A model generated the notes under the pieces. The model made no database searches and was not told the DNA's origin. It saw only the letters and a program-made list of their open reading frames with translations. A DNA stretch of 63,692 nucleotides, filler included, from Octopus bimaculoides (lineage: Eukaryota), in the NCBI RefSeq assembly GCF_001194135.2. It is 5 parts of 5 records of this genome, joined end to end, with 100 filler letters (N's around TTAATTAATTAA, not from the genome) between each part and the next. Parts side by side here need not be neighbours in the genome. Positions count along the whole stretch, not along the records: positions 1 to 31,203 come from NC_068999.1; 4 more parts are not named here. One strand, given 5' to 3'. This document shows positions 13,185 through 27,178 of the stretch, piece after piece. Within the stretch, counting starts at the first letter, position 1; every line of letters starts with the position of its first letter. The position numbers and the translations under genes were made by a program.

Positions 13185-13868
13185 CGTATGGATATATGTA
13201 TGAATCTATGTATGAATGTATGTATGTATGTATGTATGCATGTATAACATTTATATTATTAACCTTCACTGGTTTTCTTGCTAAACTTTAGAAGAAGCTG
13301 AATATCATTAGCATATATGTTTAATGTTTAACATATAACATTTCTGTTATTTAATGTCATCGTTCCTGTTGTTGTGCCTACAAAGTTTCATTGAATGACA
13401 AATATAACTTGATAATCAAAAATTACAATTTCTTTTATTCCACCTCGCAACATATATGCCACTGTGTACCGAAATTTTAATGTGAATCTATAGCTAATAC
13501 ATACAATATGATTTCTGTTATTGGACCTTTTTGGTTCTCATGCTGTTCTCTGGAACTTCAGTTAGTTTTGCTCTTCATGCCTAGGGCCATTCTGGTGCAC
13601 CACATTGCGTAAAGCAAGTTTAGCAGTAAAGCAGGTATGATTTCTTAATGCAAGTTATATTACTTCTTTAACTCTCTAATATTCCGTCCACTCTATTTCT
13701 ATCACTTCACATCCTCCTTTCAAACTTATGTCCTTATTTATTCCTTCTCCAACCAACTCTCGCTTTGCACATACACAAAGACCAACTATTTTACAAATGT
13801 AAACACACAAATACACATATGAATACACACATATATATAGTTCCAGATACTAACATACTAACCGTCTT

Positions 13869-14020
<152 letters not shown>

Positions 14021-14379
14021 TCACATATACACACAACAAGAAGCGATGAAATTAGAAGCCCTTGCAAACACAGGGCAGCATTTGGTTAAAAAGGCTCATA
14101 TACAGACTGGCTAATAAACTGTTGAACAATATGCTATTGCAAAGAGCTGTATCATTGTCAGAGAAAATAATTGTGTCAATACTAATAGTGTTTCAATAGA
14201 AATGAAAATCGTCTCGACTGTTGGAGAATTAACCATGAAAAGCAAGTATCAACCAATTTCATTTTATTGCTACCTATGACAATACAAAGGCTGAAGAGCT
14301 ATACCAACCAACGAGACTCAGTAAACAGTAGCTTCTATATCCGCCTCAGCTTCCATATTCATGCAGCCTGCATTGATAC

Positions 14380-15430
14380 CATAAGCCTCTCATTGGTTAG
14401 GATGTGAATCATCGACTGTATATAAATATATTCAACTACATTAATTCTGTGCTAATGACTGATAACTTCCACGGGATCTATGTTAAACGAAAAGATGGAG
14501 GCCGAGGCGTAAGGTCAGTCCAGACAGCCTTCGAGAGCAATCTCGTGTCATTTAGACAACGCTTACTGAACAGTAAAGAGAAAAATGTATACTCAACAGT
14601 GAAAATAATAACATCATGCGATTAGTTGAAGAATTGCTGGTCAAGTACTTTGAAAGTATAAACGTTCCATGAGAAGAAAGAGTGATTGAACTGAAAGTTA
14701 TACACGGGTACATATCTCACGAGTTATAACAGCAAGAAAACCGACAATATTGACAGAAATAGTTGTCTCTTTCAGACCTGTGATATTTACATCATATATC
14801 AACTACACCTCTGCTATCCAAAAACAGGAAATAGTAAATACTTGATGAAAAGAGAGATACGGATGCCTCTAAGCCGCCTCATTTTAATAGAAAATGTTGA
14901 TTCTGTCATACCAATGTGGAAGGTATCACTCATATCTAAGATGTCTCAAGACGCTACCTACCTATGAGATACGATATTGTAGTTAAAAACCGTCCGCAAT
15001 GATATACAGTGGAAGGATTGTCTTGATGGCTATGTCAAAACTATAGAGTGTCTTCACCTATAAAAATAAAGAGTGCTCGTAGAACATCCCAATAAAAACA
15101 ACAATTTGATCTAAAAACAATAGGATAGATATTATTGTATGCGATAGAGAGCAAAAGCCAGCACTGCTGTAGAGAACAGGTGTTCAACGAATGTGAATGT
15201 CTCGTCGAAAATTGAAGAAAATGAATATATCTATCGATAAATGGTGAGAAACCTACAGTTTTTATATCCAGGATGCAAATATTCATTTGTATCATAGGTG
15301 CACTGGGCCACGTAATGATGGATCTCATGCAAACCAAGAAATTCTTTAGTTTCTGATTCGCATTCACCAAAGAAAATCCACTGAAGGTACCGTGAAAATT
15401 TATAAAGCATTCTAAGGATGATCTATTTGA
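14380..15430 (+). mobile_element. RLE-type non-LTR retrotransposon relic (R4/Dong- or NeSL-like), RT C-terminus to endonuclease
   Basis: IYVKRKDGGRGVRSVQTAFES in ORF 14404-14625; YLPMRxD-like segment at about 14955; NRIDIIVCDREQK at about 15120; IIGALGH-like segment at about 15295. Confidence 0.8.
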
Positions 15431-15489
15431 AGTTTTTCGGTTGAAGACATACACGTGCAGACTTATAAAAGGAATGAAGCGCACGCACG

Positions 15490-15532
<43 letters not shown>

Positions 15533-15571
15533 ATACACACACACACAAACACACACACACAGACACACACA

Positions 15572-15616
<45 letters not shown>

Positions 15617-17847
15617 GGTTGTACACTAAAGTGATATGCACATCTATAGCAAGAGGGCAAGTTTATACATGCAGGATTATATACTGAAAACATGCACGCG
15701 CACGCGCTCATACAGAAACGCAGACTCACAGACACACATAAATATGCACAAATCTACCAATTCTGATATCTACAAAACCCAAGTGTTTGGCTTAAACAAA
15801 AGGGCTTTGCAACTTTGTTTGTGGCCGCCTTGAATTTTGTAGTGAAGACCTTGAAAAAATTCCTAAGTAAAAGTTACAACTACACACAAACACAGCCACA
15901 CACACGCAAATACGCATGTGCACACACACAACACACGCACACACCACGCACACACATCCCTCTCTCTCTCTCTATCTCTCCCCCTCCACTATTATCCACC
16001 TATAATCACCTCAATGATTCAGTAACCTGTTCTTCGCCTCTGTTCTATCTCTAATCTTTCTCTATCTGTTCTGAGTCTGTCAGTCTGTCTATCAGTCTGT
16101 CTCTCTCCTTCACTCGTCATCCATTCTTCATCGAATTTATTTACCACACGCTGTCCTTCGCCTCCTTCCTATCTTTCATTCCATTTTGTTTCTTCCAGAA
16201 TTTCTCATCCATAGAACAATCATATGCATACATAAATACATAAATACATACATATATATATANNNNNNNNNNNNNNNNNNNNNNNNNNNNNNNNNNNNNN
16301 NNNNNNNNNNNNNNNNNNNNNNNNNNNNNNNNNNNNNNNNNNNNNNNNNNNNNNNNNNNNNNNNNNNNNNNNNNNNNNNNNNNNNNNNNNNNNNNNNNNN
16401 NNNNNNNNNNNNNNNNNNNNNNNNNNNNNNNNNNNNNNNNNNNNNNNNNNNNNNNNNNNNNNNNNNNNNNNNNNNNNNNNNNNNNNNNNNNNNNNNNNNN
16501 NNNNNNNNNNNNNNNNNNNNNNNNNNNNNNNNNNNNNNNNNNNNNNNNNNNNNNNNNNNNNNNNNNNNNNNNNNNNNNNNNNNNNNNNNNNNNNNNNNNN
16601 NNNNNNNNNNNNNNNNNNNNNNNNNNNNNNNNNNNNNNNNNNNNNNNNNNNNNNNNNNNNNNNNNNNNNNNNNNNNNNNNNNNNNNNNNNNNNNNNNNNN
16701 NNNNNNNNNNNNNNNNNNNNNNNNNNNNNNNNNNNNNNNNNNNNNNNNNNNNNNNNNNNNNNNNNNNNNNNNNNNNNNNNNNNNNNNNNNNNNNNNNNNN
16801 NNNNNNNNNNNNNNNNNNNNNNNNNNNNNNNNNNNNNNNNNNNNNNNNNNNNNNNNNNNNNNNNNNNNNNNNNNNNNNNNNNNNNNNNNNNNNNNNNNNN
16901 NNNNNNNNNNNNNNNNNNNNNNNNNNNNNNNNNNNNNNNNNNNNNNNNNNNNNNNNNNNNNNNNNNNNNNNNNNNNNNNNNNNNNNNNNNNNNNNNNNNN
17001 NNNNNNNNNNNNNNNNNNNNNNNNNNNNNNNNNNNNNNNNNNNNNNNNNNNNNNNNNNNNNNNNNNNNNNNNNNNNNNNNNNNNNNNNNNNNNNNNNNNN
17101 NNNNNNNNNNNNNNNNNNNNNNATATGTATGTATGTATGTATGCTTCTGAGTCTATATACGTGTGTATGAAGTATAGAAATAGGAAAAGAACAGCCGCAC
17201 CAAGCCACACATAGAACGGACAATACACTCAAAGTTCGCTACACAAATGAAATGGGCTCTCATTGTAAAACCGATGAAAGAGTCTTAACGAAGGTAATTA
17301 AAATAAACGTACATTGCAACAAGCCTCAAGTCAAATGAAAATTACTTATTTATTTTATAAAAACCTACAAAACTTGGAGACAGCAAACTTAACGAATACA
17401 GAAAGAACTAGCAATATAAGTTTTGTACTGTGTTACACAACAGCTAACAGTTATATTAAAACCGATACATAGAATAGAAAGCAAACTAACAACAACAACA
17501 ATGACAACAACCACAACAGTGCTACTATAACCAACACTCCTTCTTTCTGGCAAGAAAATAGAGATTTTTCTCAAATAATTAATACTTTGTTAATGTTAGA
17601 GGTTAATTGGATATAAATAACAGACTCTTTTTCATAGGGGAATTAATCTGAATGTTCTTTATTTATTTATTTTTTCTTTGTTTTGTTTTCTGCTTGTTTC
17701 ATTCCCCAGCATTTCTGTCTTTCAAACAAAACTTCTTGTCACTCTTTAGTTTTCAGGTTAAATGAAGTCAAATAAAAATACTTATTTTTTCATAAAAATC
17801 TACAAAATTTGGAGACAGCAAACATGAAAATTTTGTTTCTACCATAA

Positions 17848-17915
17848 TAGGCGTAGGCGTAGCTCTGTCGTAAGAAATCTGTTTCCCAACCACATGGCTC
17901 CGAGTTCACTCACAG
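17848..17915 (+). mobile_element. SINE family B, head fragment
   Basis: ggcgtaggcgtagctctgtcgtaagaa..cccaaccacatggctccgagttca resembles the head at 59644. Confidence 0.65.
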
Positions 17916-19029
17916 ACGACGGAGAAATCTCTCTTTCTTTCTATATATATATATATATATATATATTATTTAAGAGTTCCAACTCTGTCTGTTTTTTATG
18001 TTTTATTTATATTCTTATAAAATTAATGTGGGATATAGAATATGGAATATATAATATAAATAGTAAAATGAAATGAAGTANNNNNNNNNNAAATGAAATG
18101 AAGTATTGAATGTCTTGTTGAATATATGAAATATTGAGTATTAAATATAGAGTATTATATATATATATATATGTATGTATATGTATACATCTATATGTGA
18201 ATATATATATGTATATATATATATATATAAGTCCTTGTTGAGCAATCCTATGGTCAAAGACGCTTACATTGCTCAATTTATTGAATATGATGATAGTAGA
18301 GTGTGATCTGTTGACATTTTCCTGTTGGCTGCCATTACTTTAGTGATTGTGTCTAAGCGCAGGTATAGGGGGGGGTACATATGTAGGTGTGTGTATCCGT
18401 ACGTGTCTGTTTTATCTCGATGCTATCCAAGATATGCGATCAATCGTTTTATATGAGATACCTTGACTGTGCCATTTACAGTATCAACAGCTTTGATAAG
18501 TATTTTGATGTAAATTAACCCAAGTGTGCAATCTATGCTATCAACCACGGCTGAGAACAGAAGCAGGTTTCGAAACCGAAAGAAAATCTTAGATTTTCCA
18601 ACTACTCTACTGTCACTTGCCGGGTCGAGAGAAAGGGGTTGTGCCCTGCCAGAACCCTTCACAGACGCTCCTTAATCAGACAGCTTAGTGTCATTAATGT
18701 TTTAAACTTTCACAAGTCAACATGTCGGAACGATAAGAGCGAGAGGGAAATCAAGAGAACCACCGTCCTTAGAAGCGATAAATGATTGAAAGTGGTCATT
18801 AGTGCGGCTGGGGTTTGAGTGATTGGAAACAACAAAGGTGATGTCACTATATATATGTATGCATACATACATGTATTCACACAGACATATATTACATAAC
18901 ACACATACATATATTACACAACACACATACATATATATATACGTACACATGCTTACATATATATATATATATATATATTACTGTAAAAGATATTTCCCAA
19001 TTCTTCAGCAGCCATGAAAAATAAATAAA

Positions 19030-19525
19030 ATATTGACAGAAAAACTATACAGCAGACGCCAAGCACCCAACCTAAAAAAGGCTTTCAACTAAAGCAAGTT
19101 TTACAACAACTGAAGCGAGAAAGGGAGTTCAAAAATGTGGTGAGCTTCGTTGCGGAACATGCGTTTACATAGAAGAAGGAGAATAAAATACTTTTAAAAA
19201 GAACAATATTTTAAAATTCAATGCAAATTTGAATTGCAAATCCAGCAAAAAGATTTACTATGCCGCTTACTTCGAATGCAAAGAATACTACATTGGGAAA
19301 ACGGGTGTTGGATTAAATAAGAGAGTAAGGATATTTAAGCAACAAATTCATGACTCCTCTATTAGAATCACAACATGTAGTCATCATTTTGAAAAATGTG
19401 GCAAAGGAAAATTCAACATATTCCCATTTTTTTAAAAATATGGACAGAAAAAAAACAAAAAACATTTTCGTAAAGTTAAAGACGGATATATCATTCGTAA
19501 ATACAAACTAAAACTTAACAAAAAA
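19030..19525 (+). mobile_element. Penelope-like element 3' ORF remnant with GIY-YIG endonuclease
   Basis: Translates as RRQAPNLK...KCGELRCGTC...NLNCKSSKKIYYAAYFECKEYYIGKTGVGLNKRVR...CSHHFEKCGKGKFNIFPF: the Cys-rich linker followed by IY-x-YIG, typical of Penelope. Confidence 0.85.
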
Positions 19526-19799
19526 CAAAGATGATATTTAAGCTACCAGAAATACTATCACAACAATCCACATGAAAACATTAACTAAACACATATATTC
19601 AAATCTCATATACACCCATTACACACAAAACACTGGACACAGAACTATAGTATATGCGCGCACACGCACGCATTACGCACCTAACTGCAAATATTATTGT
19701 AGATGAACTTGACCAAGATCCCTTTGCATGTTATTACAAAGCTAGATTCTTAATCACTCGGCCATATCTATCTAACTATCTAACTATCTAACTATCTAA

Positions 19800-19832
<33 letters not shown>

Positions 19833-20975
19833 CATCTATCTATCTATTTATCTCTCTCTCTCTCTATCTCTCTCTTTCTCTCTCTCTCTATATATATATA
19901 TATCTATATCTATCTATCTATANNNNNNNNNNNNNNNNNNNNNNNNNNNNNNNNNNNNNNNNNNNNNNNNNNNNNNNNNNNNNNNNNNNNNNNNNNNNNN
20001 NNNNNNNNNNNNNNNNNNNNNNNNNNNNNNNNNNNNNNNNNNNNNNNNNNNNNNNNNNNNNNNNNNNNNNNNNNNNNNNNNNNNNNNNNNNNNNNNNNNN
20101 NNNNNNNNNNNNNNNNNNNNNNNNNNNNNNNNNNNNNNNNNNNNNNNNNNNNNNNNNNNNNNNNNNNNNNNNNNNNNNNNNNNNNNNNNNNNNNNNNNNN
20201 NNNNNNNNNNNNNNNNNNNNNNNNNNNNNNNNNNNNNNNNNNNNNNNNNNNNNNNNNNNNNNNNNNNNNNNNNNNNNNNNNNNNNNNNNNNNNNNNNNNN
20301 NNNNNNNNNNNNNNNNNNNNNNNNNNNNNNNNNNNNNNNNNNNNNNNNNNNNNNNNNNNNNNNNNNNNNNNNNNNNNNNNNNNNNNNNNNNNNNNNNNNN
20401 NNNNNNNNNNNNNNNNNNNNNNNNNNNNNNNNNNNNNNNNNNNNNNNNNNNNNNNNNNNNNNNNNNNNNNNNNNNNNNNNNNNNNNNNNNNNNNNNNNNN
20501 NNNNNNNNNNNNNNNNNNNNNNNNNNNNNNNNNNNNNNNNNNNNNNNNNNNNNNNNNNNNNNNNNNNNNNNNNNNNNNNNNNNNNNNNNNNNNNNNNNNN
20601 NNNNNNNNNNNNNNNNNNNNNNNNNNNNNNNNNNNNNNNNNNNNNNNNNNNNNNNNNNNNNNNNNNNNNNNNNNNNNNNNNNNNNNNNNNNNNNNNNNNN
20701 NNNNNNNNNNNNNNNNNNNNNNNNNNNNNNNNNNNNNNNNNNNNNNNNNNNNNNNNNNNNNNNNNNNNNNNNNNNNNNNNNNNNNNNNNNNNNNNNNNNN
20801 NNNNNNNNNNNNNNNNNNNNNNNNNNNNNNNNNNNNNNNNNNNNNNNNNNNNNNNNNNNNNNNNNNNNNNNNNNNNNNNNNNNNNNNNNNNNNNNNNNNN
20901 CCGGTGATGGTAGTGGTGGTGGTGGTCGTCGTCGTCGTCGTTGTCGTTGTCGCCGTTGTGATTACGTTGATGATG

Positions 20976-21035
<60 letters not shown>

Positions 21036-21550
21036 GAATTAGAATTACTCCATTCCCATCAGCAACAATAAGGGAACGTTAAATTCAATTGATAAGGTTG
21101 CTGCGAGAGAGCGGAAAAACGGCGTTAATGAGCTACTGTGGCATTTTTGATCCGAAAGTGATTTAAAGTGAAACCATTGGAGAAAAATGTTAGCAAGTTG
21201 TTACAATACAAACAATGATTGATGTAAGTTATTTAGCAAGTAGCATTTGTGGAGCGAAAACAATCCGGTGAAATGAACTGTTAAATCGTTACGAATTCCT
21301 TAATTTGATTTTCTTCTTCAATTTATTCCTTCCTTCGTTGACAAAATTAGTTTCTATTTATTTATTGAATTATATATTTAGTTAGCTTTTTTTTTTTGGT
21401 TTCCTTATTTTGCTCCTTATTTGTGATGATTCTTCATTATTCTTTATTCTTTTCCTTTTTTTGTTTCTTTTCTATACTCATTTCCCAGTTTTCCGTTCTT
21501 CCACGCTTCCGACGTCATTGCAGATCCAGCACACAAGCTCTACTTCTCTT

Positions 21551-21612
<62 letters not shown>

Positions 21613-22142
21613 NNNNNNNNNNNNNNNNNNNNNNNNNNNNNNNNNNNNNNNNNNNNNNNNNNNNNNNNNNNNNNNNNNNNNNNNNNNNNNNNNNNNNNNN
21701 NNNNNNNNNNNNNNNNNNNNNNNNNNNNNNNNNNNNNNNNNNNNNNNNNNNNNNNNNNNNNNNNNNNNNNNNNNNNNNNNNNNNNNNNNNNNNNNNNNNN
21801 NNNNNNNNNNNNNNNNNNNNNNNNNNNNNNNNNNNNNNNNNNNNNNNNNNNNNNNNNNNNNNNNNNNNNNNNNNNNNNNNNNNNNNNNNNNNNNNNNNNN
21901 NNNNNNNNNNNNNNNNNNNNNNNNNNNNNNNNNNNNNNNNNNNNNNNNNNNNNNNNNNNNNNNNNNNNNNNNNNNNNNNNNNNNNNNNNNNNNNNNNNNN
22001 NNNNNNNNNNNNNNNNNNNNNNNNNNNNNNNNNNNNNNNNNNNNNNNNNNNNNNNNNNNNNNNNNNNNNNNNNNNNNNNNNNNNNNNNNNNNNNNNNNNN
22101 NNNNNNNNNNNNNNNNNNNNNNNNNNNNNNNNNNNNNNNNNN

Positions 22143-22143
22143 A

Positions 22144-22215
<72 letters not shown>

Positions 22216-22216
22216 G

Positions 22217-22292
<76 letters not shown>
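22143..22292. repeat. (GATA)n microsatellite
   Basis: Direct inspection. Confidence 0.97.
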
Positions 22293-22484
22293 CTGGGATA
22301 TGTACACTTATATAAGGAAAAATAAATAGGAGAGTGAGTGAGTGAGTGAAAGGGAGAGAGAGATAGAAAGAGAGAAAGAGAGAGAGAGATTGTTTTCCAA
22401 TTCATTTATTTCTAGAAAATCTAGAATATGACACGATCTCTGAAGTGTAAAACCAAGATTAATTAATTTATATAACAATGTCAT

Positions 22485-22570
22485 GCACGGAATATAGATG
22501 GCTGAGTGGACAAGGTACTATATGAGCAAAACCAAGAGACTGGTGGTTCGAATCCATTGATAATAAGCAC
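22485..22570 (+). mobile_element. tRNA-derived SINE head remnant, family unassigned
   Basis: A box tggctgagtgg and B box ggttcgaatcc; no closable cloverleaf. Confidence 0.45.
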
Positions 22571-22889
22571 CACAATATTGGAAGAAGTCCCTTGCTCCTG
22601 GCAACATAATTGGCCGAGTCGTGTTTAATTGCCACCTTTGAGTATGTGTAAGCAATGAATGGACCTTAACGGGTTTATTTGCCCAAACTACACTACAAGA
22701 AGACAGGATCTATTCAAGGTTAATTTTCAGAGGTCACTCTGTGAATGAATGGAACTAACGATATTCTTCTAAATTAGCCCTTTTTATAATTTCATGCCAT
22801 TCATTAAGTTTAGCACTATCATCTGGCACCTTGGATACTTTTAGCAGATATACCTCTGTTGCAAGTATTCAAGCCTGGCTGTTTTTCTC

Positions 22890-23520
22890 TTTCTCTCCTT
22901 GAATCAGATTCTGAAACATGTAAAAAAAACCATTGGTATAATCTGATGTCTTAGCTCTGTAGTCTTCAGATCAGCAATCTCCTTTCGAGTTTTGAAAATC
23001 CTAATTTCTCAAGATTGGTACTTAGGCAGTTGCATATTCCAGTACCCCAATAATTACAGGTATAAATCTAACTAAAAGATAAAATAAATCCACTTCTTCG
23101 CTCAATAAATAGCAGCCGAATCTTCCTCAAATCTTACTCTGCCGTCTTGAAGGAGGACATTTTGAGCAATGCATATCAGAAAAATCGGGATGGTTACAGC
23201 TTGTATTTCGTTGATCATAGAACTGTTCAATCAGGATTATCTTGGGTTAAACAACATATTATTTTTATATATCTTCTCTAACCAGAGCTCTGTGTTACTT
23301 GCTCTTCACTCTGATCCTTCAGCTAATTCTCCCTTTATATCTTCTCCTATCACAGCCCTGTATTACGAGCTCTTAACCCAGTCCTTTCAGCAAAAAATTC
23401 TTCCGAGTTGTCTCGTAACAGAAATCTGTGTTACAAACTTTTAACCAAGTCCTTTTTCTACAAGAGGAAAAGCCTTCTGAAACACATCTCCCTGTTCGTC
23501 TTTTCCGTTTCACCGACCAG
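22890..23520 (-). mobile_element. RLE-type LINE 3' relic, same family as 61584-61911
   Basis: Minus-strand translation PVIIGVL.. / CLSTNLEKLGFSKLERRLLI*RLQ matches KLGFSKPERRKLIRRLQ at 61584. Confidence 0.75.
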
Positions 23521-23971
23521 ATTCAGCCAAAAGTGATTTATTAAATCATTCATTCCAACTAGAATAATTAATTTTTAAATACGACTTTTGTTTGTATTAT
23601 TTATTTTTATCGAGATTTTGATTTCTCTTTTCGTGTGTGCGAGTGTGTATGTGTGTGTGGTGTGTGCGTGTGCGTTTGAGCTTATTGTGAGTATGAGTTT
23701 GTGAGTATACGTGTTAGTAACCATGCGTGTTGGCTATGTTCCATTGTATGTATGTGTATGTTTGTGTGCATGCGGGTTTTGGATGTATGTTTGCCTACGT
23801 GTACGTCTGATGATTATATTGTGTTAGCATGTGTATGGCCACTGCCATGCATATTTGTCGTGTGTCGGAGTGTGAATGTATGTGTTAAAATTTTGAATGT
23901 GTTTCATGCGTGTTCGAATCCATTAAGTTATATTCAGTATGTGACGCTCTCGCTGTGTGTGTGTGTGTGTG

Positions 23972-24022
<51 letters not shown>

Positions 24023-24411
24023 TATGTCTGTGTGTGTGAAATAATAAAGAAATAGTTTTCGATAAGATTACTTCGAGATCCTTCTCTTAAATGCTTCTCT
24101 TAAATTACAGAAAATTGCTTTGAATAATGTGCTGACTGAGAGCCTGTTTGCACACATAACAATGTATGCATACATACACTCATACGCATATATGCTTACA
24201 CTCGCTCGAGCGCACACACGCATATATATATATATACATACATACACTGGATCATACGTACGCTTACACACAGACTTCTGCGTATACAGAAGCTAACGAA
24301 CACAAATATGTACATATATGCTAACACATATGCACACATATGCTAATACGTGCACACACACAACCACACAAGACGCACTGTCTGCTTCTCTCTTTCCTCT
24401 CTTATCATCCC

Positions 24412-24482
<71 letters not shown>

Positions 24483-24904
24483 ACCACACACATAATCTCT
24501 GTTTTACTTCAATCTCTTTATTCAATCACTCACTGTATTAAATTATCTTCAACTCTCCTCATTCATAAGACATTTTCTCTCCACTTCTCCCAATTCTTCT
24601 CAGTATCTTTTTCTCTTCCTCTATTACCTTCAACTTCGTCCTTCCTTCTCTCTGTCTTCTTTCTGTCTCTTTTTGACTTTATCTTTCTCCCTGCATCACT
24701 GTATCTATCAAATTCCCACCTTCATTGACTTAATCCAAAAGATACGAAACCTCATTTTTTTTTTCGTCAATTCTGGCATTACAAACATATCAATCTGTTT
24801 TGATTCCATGAAGCTTTAACTACAAATTAAAGGGAACTAAGCGAAATAGATGGCATATGATGTTATCTAAAGATAAAGTTAGACAACGTTATCTTCTCGA
24901 GTCA

Positions 24905-25110
24905 TGCTAACACATAAGGGCGTAAACATTCCGCACCTGGACGGGACGCTGGTCCGTCACAAGATTACTCAATTTTGCCAGCTGAGTGTACTGGAGCAAC
25001 GTGAAATGAAGTGCTTTGCTCAAGAACATAACGCGTCGCCCGGCCCAGGAAGCGAAACCACAATCTTATGATCATGAGCCCAACGCCATAACCACTAAAC
25101 CACGCGCCTT
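24905..25110 (-). mobile_element. SINE family C (tRNA head plus CORE-like central domain)
   Basis: Minus strand reads ggtttagtggttatggcgttggg..gtggtttcgcttcc..gttcttgagcaaagcacttcatttcacgttgctccagtacactcagctgg; homologous to 33530-33770 and 35373-35470. Confidence 0.8.
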
Positions 25111-25189
25111 CAGTACGGTGTTATCTCCTTTACATAAACACAAACACACATACACACATAGATAAATAAAACGATAGATAGAGAGATAG

Positions 25190-25220
<31 letters not shown>

Positions 25221-25282
25221 GATAAATAGATAGATAGATAGATACATACATACATACATACATGCATACATACATACATACA

Positions 25283-25315
<33 letters not shown>

Positions 25316-25454
25316 GCATACATACATATATACATACAAACAGTATGAGCCAGACATCAACAATTGGACTTTATAACCCAATTTTTTTTACTGATTTGGA
25401 ATAAAATTTGATGTGTCCAAACGTGCATTTTTAACGATAAAGCTTCATAACTGA

Positions 25455-26290
25455 GAGCCTACAACTTGCCCGAGTTTGTGACCATGAAAAGCGCAGCATA
25501 ACTGGAATAGCTAATGAACTTGAGGAGACGCATGAAAAGAGAGCAGATACAGATATCGCCCCAGTATTGGTAAAATCTGCTTATCAGAACAAGAGAATAA
25601 GGAAAACGGACCTGTTCACTGAGGAGGTAGTACATGGGTATTGAGCGCTTAAAACACAAAGCATAGAAGGGATTGATCATATCGAAATTTTGGTATAGAG
25701 TACCGACAAATCTATGATACCCGCTTTGAAGACTACATCCATGCAATTCAAAACCAAGAGATCCCAATCAAGTGCCTACATCAAATATCTTCCAAATATT
25801 CCCATCAGGCATCATGTGGTTGCCAGAACAGTCTGGAATAGGCTAAGAAAAAAGAAAATACCTGCAAACGCAGTTGATCATACTGAGACCGATGGATCAA
25901 AAGAATATTGGTGGGACTTAGAAATTAAAAGAGCCATCAGGTTAAAACACAAGCGTTCTGCTATCATTCTGTTGAACCACAAAGAATAGATGTGTTCTTT
26001 GTGGTAGAAATCAGCTACACTCTGGACACGAATATCGTCCGAAAAAATACAAGAGAAAGAGGACATCTGTAGGTCATTAATAATGTGTTTGCAAACCCAG
26101 TACCCAAGATACACTTTCAGTTCCATACTTATTATTTGAGCAACAGGATAAATGCCAACTCGCCAGGAGCAAAGTATGGCTGAACTTGGGTTCTTTGGGA
26201 GAGAATGCAAATTTTAATTTCATAGCTACAAATGATCTCAATATCTGGAACTATAAAAATCAGCAAGACCTTTAGATTTAAAGGATGATG
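25455..26290 (+). mobile_element. RLE-type LINE relic (post-RT region to endonuclease)
   Basis: RFEDYIHAIQNQEI; PIRHHVVARTVWN; EYWWDLEIKRAIRLKHKRSAIILLNHKE, with a downstream VEISxxLDxNI-like frame (the RPD...E endonuclease region). Confidence 0.8.
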
Positions 26291-26419
26291 GCTGAAACAA
26301 AATACTTTGCTTCAAATTCTTGCTACCAAGCAGGTGGCTGGTCAAAATTTACTCTAAATTAGAAAAAGAAAGACAAGAGCATCCATCCATTCACCCATCC
26401 ATCCATACATACATACATA

Positions 26420-27178
26420 CATACATAAATTGGATATATCTTCGAAAATCAAAAAGAAAGAGGATATGGACAACAGTTCTAAAACCTACACATTTATACT
26501 AATTGGTGGACTAGATATTATTAGTAAATGCCTAAGTGACAAGCAGGAACAGCTAAATCTTCAGAAATAGAAATCAACTACATAAAATTCACATTCAAAA
26601 TAACCTGGAAGGAGAATTAGAAAAATAAGCTAGACTTTTCTCAAGTTCAAAACGTGAATTTGTTTTTGTTCCCTCCAAACCAAGGATGAGGATTTATGTC
26701 TATGTTAGAAGCCAGCTCTTTCCTTCGAAGAAAACTTTAAATAATTAAAAAAGAGAAGAGAATATGCATACATACATACATACATACATACATACATACG
26801 AAAGAAATTCAAAGAAAATGCTACGATCAAGGAGGAAATGAATCCCAGCAACCTTTTTTTGTGTGCACAATTTGTGACAAACCATGCGTTTCTTTTGCTG
26901 GGTTTAAATCCTATTTGCGGAGCCATGAAAAATTAACGACCATGAAATACTCTGCTTATCTATCGGTGCATACCCGTGTATGCCATAAGGTCTGCAAAAG
27001 ACATTTTAAGATTCACAAAGATCAGAACTGCAGCTCTTCGTGGTCCAAAGCAGATATGCAATTTATGTGGGTGTCGTTTGAAAACATTGTCTGGTTTAAA
27101 AAAGCCGCATCAGACGCCATCTAAGGTGTAGGTACAAGAAGTGGTCAAACTCTGTATAAGGAGTAGACAACCAGCATA
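26420..27178 (+). mobile_element. RTE-like LINE 3' end encoding three degenerate C2H2 zinc fingers
   Basis: CTICDKPCVSFAGFKSYLRSH, VCHKVCK-RHFKIH and (frameshifted) ICNLCGCRLKTLSGLKSRIRRH; short 3' UTR ending gagtagacaaccagcatata. The RTE assignment rests on weak upstream similarity. Confidence 0.6.

Noticed and set aside
18061-18106. Duplicated aaatgaaatgaagta across a 10-N gap
   Set aside because: Unmerged contig overlap.
22485-22575. Possible tRNA gene (ggttcgaatcc, ends in cca)
   Set aside because: No acceptor or anticodon stems can be formed; treated as a SINE head.
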